A stretch of DNA of 64,000 nt. Origin: Raillietiella orientalis (taxonomy: Eukaryota). Positions 53,401 through 62,910 of the stretch are shown here, in pieces (the first letter of the stretch is position 1; every line of letters begins with the position of its first letter). The stretch is taken from contig JAYWIR010000004.1 of NCBI GenBank assembly GCA_036172245.1, forward strand, positions 4,650,001 through 4,714,000, given 5' to 3'. The notes beneath the pieces are model-generated. The model did no database searches, was not told the DNA's origin, and worked only from the letters and a program-made list of their open reading frames with translations. A program made the position numbers and the translations under genes.

Positions 53401-56400
53401 TTTCTCCCATCTGTTTCATTAATGCTCCTTCTGTTCCACCGCCACAGTAAGATGGTGGAAGAGAAGAATCAAGGAAAAGATTTCCCATCTCCAAAACACC
53501 AATAAGACGGGAAATCAGAGTTGTGCACGTTGGAGTTGTTTCTTGGAACGAATTGATTCCTCACCAATTAACTCAAGACCCTTATGTGAAGCGAAAGAAT
53601 TCGTCTGTATCTCTGATGAGATTTTTGAGTTGCCCGGTCCTTCCTCAAGATGTGTGGGCTGGCGTTGTGTCTGGTCTCCATTTGTGCAACTGATTGCGAA
53701 CCGAACCGATGGACTCCTTATGTTGGCTTCCGCTATGAGATCTTCGCCTGAAGCGTCAACTGCACAGTGGACACGAACCACCACTAACTCTGGTATGAAG
53801 CTGAACCAGAAGAATTTTCTCCTTCTTCTATCGATGCAATCAAGCATCAAGAGTGGTGCATACCCTTGAGCGGAAGACACAAGGTTGATCTGTGCCGCAA
53901 TTCTTGCTGTTCGTCTGAATTATGTGCACCATATTGGTGGGTTTTCCCCCCTCCCTGATTACTTTCAGATTCAGATCGGCGATCAGAACTGTTTCGAAAC
54001 TGAATCTTTAGGATCTGCTTGCGAATTGCATGCCTATGTTGAGGTAGAAAATGAAAGCGATGTATCCGAGCAAGTAGCCGAAGCGAAAATGGACATCAGC
54101 AAAATCCAGGCAGATTGCTGAAGGAAAAATAGCTTTTTCAGATTACAAATAAGAGACACACTGACATATTGTATCAGTAAAAAAATATACGTCAGTGATC
54201 ATTCCTTCATGAAAACAGCAACTAGCGAACGCTTAAAGCGGTTGAAAAACTTTAACAGCATGTGTGCTGTTGGGCTGTGAGATGTCTCCGTGGTGTCTTG
54301 ATTGCAGTGCAAAAAAGTGTGCAGCTGCAGTGGGCGATTCGATGAGCACGTGGCAAACCTATTTGTAGGTGACAAATGAAAAATATTTCCTCTTCAAACT
54401 GCCACATTCCTTGCACTTCAGGTTTATTTTTATGTGATGCATTTTTTTGCCGTCAAGAGGGTTTGTTTGCTTCTGCTTTTCGAAATAAGAAAAGGCAATA
54501 ATAATTAGTATTGTTTTTGCAAAGTGAATTTCTCCGTCTTGCAATAATACATGCAGTGTTTTTCTTTAGACAAACCAGTGTTCCACGCATCCAGCATCAA
54601 GATCATTGCTTTAGAGAGAAATTCAGCTTCCATCCCTCTCCACACCAAAGCAAATCCCAACAACATCACTTACACCTTTGAGAAGCTGGGAAATCTTGAG
54701 AGGAATCATTCCAGGATCGTTTACCTCAACAACATTCTACAGATCACTGAAATGGAAAAAGAGGATGCTGGAAAATTTCTAATCAATGCTAGCAACGCAG
54801 AAGGGACGTCAGTATTGTGTATCGATCTAATTGTCTTAGGTAAGGTTTACGGCATCTTTTTCTTGTTGAGTCCAGTTCAGATCCAAGGATCGATTTCCCA
54901 TGGGATTTGCAGATGTACGAAGAGCACAACTGCACATATTCATGCCTTTCCGAAGACGAAAAAGGATTAAAAACGAAAGCTCAAGAAATTAACAAACGTC
55001 TACATAATTCTGCGGACTGTGAGCAAGAAATATTCTTATATTTCATCAGACATCAGAGAGCTGACAAATTAAAATGCTTCCTGGAATCTTGGCAACATTA
55101 TCTTACGGATTACGGGGACTTTGTAGGTGAGTCCTTGATCTAACGAAACCCTCATCTGAGCATTCAAAACTCAAGTTCCGTGTTCTTGTTATTCTGCCTA
55201 GGCAACTCATCGGTTTCCTTATCAAAATCATTTTTCTTGGAGACGGCGTATTTTATACTTACATGACCACGCTCCTGTTTCCAACTAGATATCGGTTCCC
55301 AAATGAATGTACCGGAATTTAGGAGAAAGCTGATAGTTCCGATTCGTGAATGTTTTCGGTGTTTCTGTGTATTTCTGTTTTCGATGATTCTAAAAAAAAA
55401 GGATAATTCCTTAAAATGGTCCTTTGGGTGTCTGCAGTAAGGGCTCTTTGGAAATTCAGAATGTGTTAATTGCTCCTTTGGCCTTGTGCACGTTTGTTTC
55501 CGGAAACGAACTCAAGTTTTGATGGATCCTTTTTTAAAAGTTTATTCTTATTTGATTCTTTGAACAAGGAAGAACTGATGGATATTTTTTGAAAGCCAAC
55601 CCGATGAGAGTGGAATAATCAATCATATCATGGACAATTTTTGCACCCAAACATTATTTTATCGTATTTCGTTTCTGAGTCAGATTGCATTTATCAGGAA
55701 GAATCGATCTCTTTACATGTTCCGCTGAATTTTCTAATTTCCGAACTGATCAGAGTGACGATTTTTATGATAATATTACTACATTTCGATGGAAGGCTAT
55801 GGGAGTAGATCTATTTATCTAGTTTCGCTCGCACCGCTTCGCTGGTGCGAGCGAAACTAGATATTCAATTTATCAAGATTATTGGATATTAATCTCATTA
55901 CTGAGATAAATTTGTTTGGTATGGAGATGCCTCCCAGTCTTAGTGTGGATTCAAAAATTTCAGAAAGGATTTCTGGAAGAGAAAGATGCAGGCATTCTAG
56001 TTGGAGTGATGCAGAGGAGACGAGATTCAGGAATCTAATTAGAACCGCTCGCTTTAACATTCAGATCAGATACAGCCATAGTTAAGCCAGGGAATGCCAA
56101 CTACAGGACGTTCCGACTGGCTTCCTCCAAATATTGTCAGCATTCTTCTAAACTGTGTCAGTATGGTGGGAACTTCATTTGATAAGAGAATGAACACTCT
56201 GATGAAGGGAGGATAATGAGTTTGAAGTGCAGCTGTTAATTATGGAAGATTGCTTTTCCATTCCTTGGTCACCTTATCGATGATGTCATGGACCAGCTTG
56301 ATGCAAGGTAGATGAGCAGGTTTTAAAACCATTTGTTACGAGTGAAGTGGACGGTTTCTTTCTCTGCAATTAAATGGTTCTACTAGATAGCAGATTAGCT

Positions 56401-59400
56401 TGCTGCTGACTAAATGTCGCTTCCTTTCAAACTGCTGCCGTGTACGTTGCTTATGAGTAGAATCCTTGTGCACTCCTCCTCATTAGCCTCTGATATGCGG
56501 GAATTTCGATCCTTTTGTGAATGGGAGCTCTGGTCAAAGTTCAGTTCTCAGTGTGGCTCGCAGGTTTCCTGTAGGGATTCAGGGTTCGTTTTTCCTCGCC
56601 AACGTGGTGAAAACTGTTTCTTTGGCAGCTTATTTCTTCGCATGTCACGAGTAATTAAGAAGTGAAATCGAAGTTTGAACTCATAAGGGTTGGGAATGCA
56701 ATGGATGAAGTTTTGGAGAAAGAAAAAGAAAAGAGTATTTTTTGTCTCAGATATACTTTATTTTACCTTATGCAAGTTTGCACGAAGCTGTCAGAATATC
56801 TTTTGTTTCCCTTAAGAAGCGGCAAAAACGGATTCCGAATATCAAAGAGCAGATGCACTCGAAAAAACAGTTTAACTCGGAATTTGCAAAAATCAAAGCT
56901 TGGTCGCGAAAGACCTTAACAAGTGGCATTTGAAGACTAATCGAGTGGACCACATAGTAACAAAGCATAAAGACCTCATGAAGATGAAACGGCTGATTTT
57001 TTCCATGGACGAGTTCATAAATCATCAGAACAGTAAGATTCCACGCACGAAAACCGATTTATCCAAAAAAGATTATAATTTCATCTCTCAAAATACATAA
57101 CTTCGTGTAAGAAGCCACTCACTGCAGCAATAAGCTTAATCCCAGCTTCTGGAGTTTTCATAATAATGCAAATGTTTGGTGGAGCTTAGAGTACAAGATT
57201 TTAGAATATCTCCTTTTCTGATGTACTCAGCATACATGAGATATTTCTGAAGATAAGTTATGATAACTAAGCTTCAAGATAAATCAATGCAATTCGAGCT
57301 GGCGAGACGGCTGTTAGCAAGAGTACTTTACTATTGTGAAAGGCTAGCTAGTGGAGGATTAGTTTTTATGAGCTTATCGATGGAAACTGTCAAATATTCA
57401 TTCAAAATCCGGGATAGCTCCAGGTAAATAGGATGAATCGGAGAGGCAAAACTCCTTGTTCTTTTCACGGACGCAAACGCGCTGGTGTGGAGTTGTGGAA
57501 GCATCCAGGCATTCAAGAATGGAGATTCATGGAGATTCGTTTCGTGATAGACGCTGAAACCTTCTCAGCCTTCTGAGAGAACAAACTTCAGGATGAAGTT
57601 TTCCTACTTGGCGATGCTCTGAATTACGAGGCAGAGGGATTACCAAATCGCGAAGCATCTTGTACGCTTCAGAACTTTTCGTACGGCCGTAGACGGCATT
57701 GCATTACTCAATACGGAAAAAATGTTGCTCTTGTTCTGTGGGTTTTGGGGGAACCTGATCAGAAATTTCTCGTACAGCCTCATTTACGCGCCTCGGAACT
57801 CTATAAGGAGTTTCCTCTTTTGGATACATAAAAAATTGCAGAGGAAGCAGTCATTTTGGCAATGAATGCTGCTTGAGCTGTTTCGGGAAGGATCACCTTC
57901 GGGTACCTATCTATGAGAGAGAAAGTATTCTGACTTCAAATTCGAGAATCTCGAAGATGCCGACAAAAGAAACAAGGCTCCTCACACGAGCACTCTCGAC
58001 TCTGGCAAGAAGATTTACTCATTATCAAATTTTTCATGTACAAGGTGAAAGCAAACGATAGGTGCGGAGCAGCTTCGATGTGTGATCCGATGATTTTTGG
58101 AAAAAAAAACGCCTATCTCACAATGACTTGCGACTTGTAGGACACGAGTGAATTCGAAACTTCTGAATATGTGATGCTTATCGCTGGAAAAAAGAAAATC
58201 TGCATCCACACTCCGGGGACTAGGATTGCACTTGATGTAAGGATAGTGGAATAATATACGACGTGACGAGAGAGGGTCATGAAATTCCTCCTCACGCTTC
58301 CTGCAAGTGATGTGAAATTGGATTTTCCTCTGTTTTTTTTTTTTTTTTTCTTACGAAGAGTTAAACGACGATCTCAACGGAATGTCGAAAGAGAGTTCGG
58401 GTTCGCAACATGAAATCGCACGTGTGGAAAAGAATGCAGACAACCTATGTCACCTGGCAGCGTTTTTTGCTGTTCATTAATCGATAGAATGCATTGAAAG
58501 CGAAAGCTTCTCCACAAATATTTCAACTTCCTATCATCCTGTCCACTGACTTGTAAGTACTGTCTTTAGAGATCACTGGGTTACTCTAATGGAACACTCT
58601 TTGCAGTTTGGGCAATGCCTTTGCAATGAAAGCATCCCTCGTAGGATTCTTGCGATAAATTGTGTGATGGATACTCAGTTCAAAAAGTCATTAATTAGTA
58701 GAGCTGGGATAACTTTGCTAGCCTACCGATGCGGTGTTGGAAAACTGTGGAGTGTGAACACCCCCGATCTTCGTCGCTTAGTGATCGATCGCCAACGACA
58801 AGGATAGCTGCTCATGGTTTTGAATGCGAAATTGGCTCATAGTTTTTGATCAGCTGGGAAACCAAGACAATAACTCAAGAGGACTCAAGAGACCTCACTC
58901 TCAGTACTCGACACAGCGCTCGATGTCGAACAGTACTTTCTCACGTTTAACGGTGCATCGTGGAGCTGAACATTCTTCGCTTCTCAGGAAGAGTAGATGC
59001 TCTGAAATTCTTTAGAAAAGCCTCTGCTTTATTTAACAGCAGCTTTGCCAAGTGCTGTTCTCTCTTTGGAAAATGCCCTAGCCGTAGAAATTCTAGTATT
59101 GAAGCGATCTTTAATTGTAGTACAGGTTTGTCTACAAATCGGTTCTTGCTTCCGATTCTCCCTATACGAAGCAAGTAAACAGACCCTAGCATCACAAAAA
59201 GAAAATTCTCCAGAAAAAGAAGAGCACATGGAATAATCGCATCCGGGAAGAAAAAACTGTTATTCATATAACTTTCATTTCTTATTCATCTGATTTTAGT
59301 ATGTTTATATGTATAGTCGAAGCGTATACATCTCTGTGTCTACAGAATATGGATCAGACCGCTCGATTTCACTTCAAAAGAGATCCATAAGAGAGGTCTA

Positions 59401-62400
59401 GAATAAATCTAGCTCAACAGTAAGTGCATAAGCAATGGTTCCGATACAAGAACTTTAGATTTTTGTCCTTGATGTTACACTTATCCTCATTCTTTGTAAT
59501 ACTGCGTCAGAAAGCTTTTTAAAACAAGATATGAAAGATGTTGTATTGTGAGATGATGGATTACATTCTGGAAAAATTTTGCTTTTGGAGGAGAAAGCAT
59601 TGATTTTCGAGGATAAGTGAATTAGGCAAAGGAACGAGAGGATTCTGTGAATGTACAGCAAAGTAACGTAATCAGTGAGTGCACTTGGCTCGAGCGAATG
59701 TAACTCACTGGTTAGACTGTATCCAAGTCAGATAGTGGATTCAATAGAAATGTCGTCTCCGTTTAATTGTGAACAATCCTAGGAATATTTAACGATTGTG
59801 GATGCTTTCAACTGTATTTCCGTCTTGTAGTTCTCATAAATCAAAATTGCGAATTACAAGGAGCATGTTTGATTTGTAATTTACATAATCAGTCCGAAAG
59901 ATAAGTAAAAACTCCTTCAGCTCTTGAGAACAAAAAAAAAAAAAAAAAAACACGTCCAGCCGTATGACAGCACACTGAACGCAAACTTAAAACTAATCAG
60001 TTTAACATAATGTTTATGCACGTGCCACTGAAGAACGAAATCGCGATCTTCTGGATTGCTGCTTTATAAGAAATTTGGTTTTCTTGTTCCCTCCATGAGT
60101 CTCCTGTGTTAGAGATCATTGAAGCAATCATTCCTTTATGATACCTTCCAAAGCAAAGATTTTTCCATCCAGTAAGATTTCTAAAATGTGAAAATTGTGT
60201 ATCTCGATCCAATGTTAAGAAAACGGTGCTGATTTTCCATGTTCTTTTAGATGACACGGCTGCAGGAAACGCTACTGAAGGCACGAATTTTAACATTTCT
60301 GTTGCCATAGTGAAATTTTCTTACATATGTGTCGTTGCTGGAAATGTACCAGTGAGAATTAAGTGGATGAACATGAACAAGTACAAGACAATAAATCACC
60401 TGGCTGAAAGCTATCAGGGGAAAAACGTGGTTGCTTCGCTTCTGAGGAAAGCACGATCAGAAAACTCCCCATTCGATCAACTGATCTGCCAAGCGAATGA
60501 TGGACATCGTTTCAAAAGTGCAGAAATACGTACTGTTGAAAACTACTTACCCATCATCAATCTGACCCTCATTCATCTAAGTTCCACCGATGCAGAGGTG
60601 CAATGGACGACAAGTTTCCCTCGTTTTATAAAGTACAGAGTGAGACTGAAATCCACTGAGAATGTGATTGTGGTGGATGGCATCAGGCAAATTCATGATG
60701 GAGTGTACACGTGCCTTCTAGAAAACCTGAGAGAAGCTACCGAATACCATGTCCTACTGGAAGCGATAGATGGGAAAGGAGAAGTTGTCTTCAACGAGAG
60801 GATCAGTTTTCTGACACAGAGTACGGTGGGATTGCTTGCTCGCTTCTTGGTTTGTCCTGCCATTTTCGTGTGCGTTTGCATGTACAGGTGTATATGGGAC
60901 TTTTCAAACTACATGATCAATCACCTTGTGTGTGTGTTTTTCAGACATGAAAGTATTTGTTGTGTCGGATGACTGTGTAAGCCTGTGCTTTGAGACAACC
61001 ACGATTGCCAAGTTCCCATCAGATTGCACGAAAGCTTGAAGCCCACTTAGTGATACGTTCTCTGTGCACTGCTCATTACGAAATTCGCATGGCATGCGCA
61101 CAAAAGACAAGCAGAATCGAAAAAAGATCAAGAACACACATCACCGCCACGTTAAGCTAATCGCATTGTGGCCGCAAACACGTAGTTTATGTACAGTACT
61201 TCTTACACGAATCTGACCTGATTCAACGATATGATTGCAATGGCAGGAAACAACACGAACCTCCTCTATCGGTGTTTTTCTGCTTCTTCTTCATAATGGA
61301 CTGAAGAAACGGATGAATTCAACCCAAAATTTAATGAAGTGGGCTGATTGGATATAAGCCAAGGTTTCCTTCACTACTGAGCAACCACTATACACGACTA
61401 GAAAACATCCTGGATGCTTACATTTGTTCGATTATCCACGCCAAAAACTTTTGTAGTATCAAATCTGCATGAGATTACGCGTTTCCACGTTAGTGAAACT
61501 TCTAGGCGCTTAAAGACTCCAGTTAGCTCCATGGAAACCCAGGACCAGTACAACTCTTTGCTAGCCAGAAAAAAATCGCGGAATCCTCCAGTTTTGTTCT
61601 TGCTTGATTAAAGGCTACGTTGCTGCAGCACGGGAAACGCTTTGCCGGAGATCACGAAAAAAGGACGAAGGCCAGCTGGCAGATTTTTTCACAGCTTTCC
61701 CTCCCTCCCCACGGTTTAATGCGCTGCTCCTCGATCGAACCTCCTCCCCATGGAAAGGCGGCACCTTAACCGCGACATGGAATTTGTTGACAAGACTGCC
61801 CATGGTCATGTGTTCCCATCGTTCTGGGTTTCCTTTCACAGTCGGACGATAGAGTTTGCGAGGGAGAAATTCTCACTGTGTGATCTAGAAAAGAACTGTG
61901 GCCGCTCAAAACACCAATTTCCCAAAGTAAGATTCAAAACTCTCGTTCTAGATCTTACTGCTCCAGTACTGGCTTCCTCCATCGGGTTATCACAAGAAGA
62001 TAAGAAGACATCCTTATTTTTTGTAGCTATCTGCATTCTAATTAGCTTCGCGTCTCTGATTGTCGTTTTGACGATTTTCAGATTCATCTACAAGAAAAAA
62101 TTCTCGAGAAAATCCAGTGAGTAAGTTTGGCAGTTTCTACATTCTTTTCCTATACTGTTTTTATATAGAATCGTAATTCGTAACAGAATGGCTGCTTTTA
62201 TTTCACTGATCACACCCAACTAGTAAAACGACGGCCTTTTTCTTCGTGTAAAAGATACCTAGATGACTTTCTGCCTCAATTTCGTCCCACCTCCTCTCTC
62301 TTGGTACAAGGGTCCTCCGTCTCTCTTTTCTGGAGAGGTGCAAAATTCCAAATTCATTCTCATTTTTTGATGAGTCAAGTTCGAATCTTCTTTACGTTCC

Positions 62401-62910
62401 CAGTATTTTGGTTTTTGTCCTGAAGAAGCAGTTGTTTCGAACGCATGAAAAATGCTGTTAGCAGCAGCTGCATTTTCTGGAAAGGGAGGGAGCTGTTGTG
62501 GAAAAATTCCATAACACAGTATGCTGCCGTAACGATCTATTCGGTGTTTCGGAATTATGATCTGGGCAGAATTCAGAAGTGCATCGACGGTGAACGTTTC
62601 TTGTACACCCTGGATCGTAATGGGTGGCAACGGGAAAAATGTGCTCTTATCGATTTCAGGGGAACCATCTGAGACGCGACCGCTCACAGGGCCTTGCTGG
62701 GGGAAACGTGATATTCCGAAAGAGTTTCGTGCGTCAGGAGATGCAAAATACTCAGCATCCAAATCTTCCGCGAGTGCTACCTTGAAAGCAACCGTAATGA
62801 ATAGGAACGACTTAGCGTCCGAGTGGGAAGTTGTTCCCGGAATTAAATCCAGGAGAGCTCGAGTGGACTTCAGTTCGGAACTTCCAAATGGCTGGAATCT
62901 CCGCACTTGA
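14456..62910 (+). CDS. Spliced nephrin/Sns/Hibris/SYG-2-like Ig-superfamily type I membrane protein. Model: join(14456-14498,15013-15153,15216-15395,15485-15808,21603-21884,27646-27948,41858-41994,49133-49292,54570-54839,60251-60820,61952-62116,62660-62910) = 941 aa. Alternative 3' form using 61952-62120 + 62426-62589 + 62660-62910 = 997 aa
   Basis: Every junction is GT-AG, phase-compatible and free of in-frame stops. The order is SP-Ig x7-FN3-TM-tail. Ig1 (QQHF..P....GEVQWTKDGFAMG..IPGY..H.VLGD...G.H.L.I.N.SL.D.A.YQCQVG....IRANA.LTV) closely matches the Sns/Hbs/nephrin first domain as I recall it. Exact orthology is not determined. Confidence 0.88.
15013..15153 (+). CDS. Exon 2: N-terminal half of Ig1 (GSSSRSQQHFTRKPESRTAAVGEEVILRCHVGDQAGEVQWTKDGFAM-G)
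   Basis: Acceptor ttccag, donor G|GTGAGA, Ig B-strand Cys and C-strand Trp, family motif QWTKDGF. Confidence 0.95.
15216..15395 (+). CDS. Exon 3: C-terminal half of Ig1 (GYERSIPGYQQHRVLGDSSAGEHDLLIQNVSLGDEAEYQCQVGATPDHKGIRANAYLTVL)
   Basis: Follows a 62-nt intron (acceptor cgcag), DxAxYxC motif, donor G|GTGAGC; not shown in the ORF track in this frame. Confidence 0.95.
15485..15808 (+). CDS. Exon 4: Ig2 (APPISLGVKN...LMCASKGGKPRPSLTWARNG...LDNGANLSCHAHHPS...VTLHVL)
   Basis: Polypyrimidine tract plus ccag, C...GKP.P.L.W and D.G..L.C motifs, donor T|GTGAGT. Confidence 0.95.
17250..17860 (-). mobile_element. Possible decayed, GC-shifted LINE APE endonuclease fragment
   Basis: KSLW..V......LLAG, ENRLLSSI, ESFLDKM, ESPSR (~EPTR) and LEHH (~SDH) in the expected order; all matches weak. 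Confidence 0.3.
20410..20459. repeat. Short local duplication: AAGCACGCTTGCCAG twice, with an internal TTGCCAGTTCTCAA unit
   Basis: Identical 15-mers at 20410-20424 and 20445-20459. Confidence 0.85.
20720..21080 (+). mobile_element. Decayed CR1/L2-type ORF2 C-terminal fragment
   Basis: VLRTYRSCIARFLSLY..SILISRKLESSTRVWSS..RKRVNSRTELLQRLF resembles LR.F.....F...LY...V...LEY...VWSP......LE.VQR.FT. Confidence 0.6.
21603..21884 (+). CDS. Exon 5: Ig3 (YPPPVPVITG...LNCVCDGGNPLPSLNWF...SDNGKTYRCEATN...VRLVVF)
   Basis: Acceptor ttttgccag, GGNP.P.L.W and DNG..YRCEA.N motifs, donor T|GTAAGT. Confidence 0.95.
27646..27948 (+). CDS. Exon 6: Ig4 (YPPVTLEVK...IQCIAKNSNPPVSLTL...SILCAAKNEV...LIVSVL)
   Basis: Long polypyrimidine tract plus tttag, C...SNPP motif, second Cys in C.A.N, donor A|GTAAGT. 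Confidence 0.93.
30250..30620 (-). mobile_element. Decayed CR1-type 3' end
   Basis: LEERLR / AYK(M)LNG / IGH / FSQ in order, resembling LE.RR.R.DLI..YKI..G...RGH...FFS. Confidence 0.4.
33220..33380 (+). mobile_element. Decayed CR1/L2-type ORF2 C-terminal fragment
   Basis: RNF..R, FLSLFDSY, STFWNPAL resembling R.F......LY..Y...S.VWNP.L. Confidence 0.4.
35950..39320 (+). mobile_element. Long, heavily decayed CR1/L2-like LINE ORF2 in intron 6, with interruptions
   Basis: Collinear remnants: FVAALEDS (EN end, ~36020), WWMK and FFEYL (~36490-36650), INK..SRVMK and SWK..HKK (~37530-37700), SPQGF..RSRT and GEDLLFL*KVF (~38290-38440), QRTVV, MMEPLLILL (~LGPLLF), QDSG-ITIDT (~KDLGI.ID), RP/LEYS and STKI (~39200-39290). 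Confidence 0.6.
40230..40700 (-). mobile_element. Possible decayed LINE ORF1 C-terminus / ORF2 start
   Basis: ILLLDAHGHAKRRKKLKTEVEAK...MENGRL resembles the I..DLT..QR..RK.L..E...R....NG.I end of CR1/L2-like ORF1s. Confidence 0.35.
41858..41994 (+). CDS. Exon 7: N-terminal half of Ig5 (SPPGKLEIRGTGNSAVLKRGQLGKFICSSEGGNPLPVLSWLKNGKE)
   Basis: Acceptor ctattag, C.S.GGNPLP.L.W.KN motif, donor GAG|GTATGG in phase 0; absent from the ORF track and found by manual translation. Confidence 0.93.
45700..46035. repeat. Degenerate ~40-bp-period tandem array, about 8 units, core roughly CTCYGAAGGRAAMCCCGGAAGGGAMC
   Basis: CCC(C)G(G)ARGG cores at about 45708, 45744, 45787, 45829, 45869, 45912, 45952 and 45991 (spacing 36-43 nt). 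Confidence 0.7.
46480..47000 (-). mobile_element. Decayed, GC-shifted LINE RT fragment
   Basis: WGSRTPIGTGRG (~WK.A.VTPI.K.KG), EFYLEE, RVSDAVHGRSRLLQQMRSGGKR (~KAFD.V.H.RLL.KL...GI.G), PLWKKDFRSYRT (~L.WIKDFLS.RT). Confidence 0.6.
47480..47980 (-). mobile_element. Decayed, GC-shifted CR1/L2 ORF2 C-terminal fragment
   Basis: EEFQRIHEGGTQWQSLLS (~DL..I.EW...WQM.FN), KELSHDH, GSGKRS, IQSVKDFRNRGLLRG..ILYTHR (~IE.VQ..ATR...GL..L.Y.ER). Confidence 0.5.
49133..49292 (+). CDS. Exon 8: C-terminal half of Ig5 (VASVKKQDESTRVSLAEVVIDAQPEDDGSLYMCRTSQMGEQQQKQVDLLISVL)
   Basis: Phase-0 acceptor ctcgaag matching exon 7, DDGSLYMC motif, donor T|GTGAGT. Confidence 0.92.
50600..51430 (+). mobile_element. 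Decayed, GC-shifted LINE ORF2 linker/RT fragment
   Basis: QPKRFLSAIRSR (~NPK.F.SY+RS+), ISASLSHI (~I..PLSHI), TWKV, NPPRMISL (~NYRPISL), FSFRGTLLQ (~GI.G.LL.W). Confidence 0.5.
54570..54839 (+). CDS. Exon 9: atypical Ig6 lacking the canonical Cys pair (YKPVF...SIPLHTKANPNNITYTFEK...LQITEMEKEDAGKFLINASNAEG...LIVL)
   Basis: Acceptor ttctttag, ANP...Y and L.I.....EDAG.F...ASN.EG I-set motifs, donor G|GTAAGG. Confidence 0.9.
55816..55863. repeat. Perfect 20-bp inverted repeat with 8-nt loop (TATCTAGTTTCGCTCGCACC-gcttcgct-GGTGCGAGCGAAACTAGATA)
   Basis: Arms 55816-55835 and 55844-55863 are exact reverse complements. Confidence 0.95.
56180..56520 (-). mobile_element. Decayed LINE (Jockey/I-like) RT fragment
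   Basis: ILLISNV / QFER (~ISLLS...K.FE+), NGFKTCSSTLHQ (~Q.GFR...ST.HQ), IIDKVTKEW. Confidence 0.5.
59540..59790 (-). mobile_element. Possible decayed LINE ORF2 C-terminal fragment
   Basis: QLNGDDISIESTI*LGYSLTSEL (~LNG..I......KYLG..LD..L), KSMLS. Confidence 0.3.
60251..60820 (+). CDS. Exon 10: divergent Ig7 (ICVVAGNVPVRIKW...LICQAND) plus FN3 (SSTDAEVQW...YRV...LENLREATEYHVLLEAID..G)
   Basis: Acceptor ttttag, long open frame, FN3 signature W...Y...L.NL...T.Y.V...A; the donor A|GTACGG is weaker, so the 3' boundary is less sure. Confidence 0.85.
61952..62120 (+). CDS. Exon 11: juxtamembrane, transmembrane helix (SLFFVAICILISFASLIVVLTIF) and basic stop-transfer (RFIYKKKFSRK); ends at 62116 or 62120
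   Basis: Acceptor gttctag in phase 1, ~23-residue hydrophobic run followed by a Lys/Arg cluster, overlapping donors GTGAGTAAGT. Confidence 0.88.
62426..62589 (+). CDS. Candidate cytoplasmic cassette exon (ESSCFERMKNAVSSSCIFWKGRELLWKNSITQYAAVTIYSVFRNYDLGRIQKCID-G)
   Basis: Phase-2 acceptor (tgAAG AAG CAG after a T-rich tract) fits the 62120 donor; open frame; weak phase-1 donor G|GTGAAC fits the 62660 exon. Confidence 0.4.
62660..62910 (+). CDS. Probable terminal coding exon, cytoplasmic tail (EPSETRPLTG...SELPNGWNLRT*)
   Basis: Acceptor atttcag in phase 1, open frame to TGA at 62908-62910; no homology support and no AATAAA seen downstream. Confidence 0.55.
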
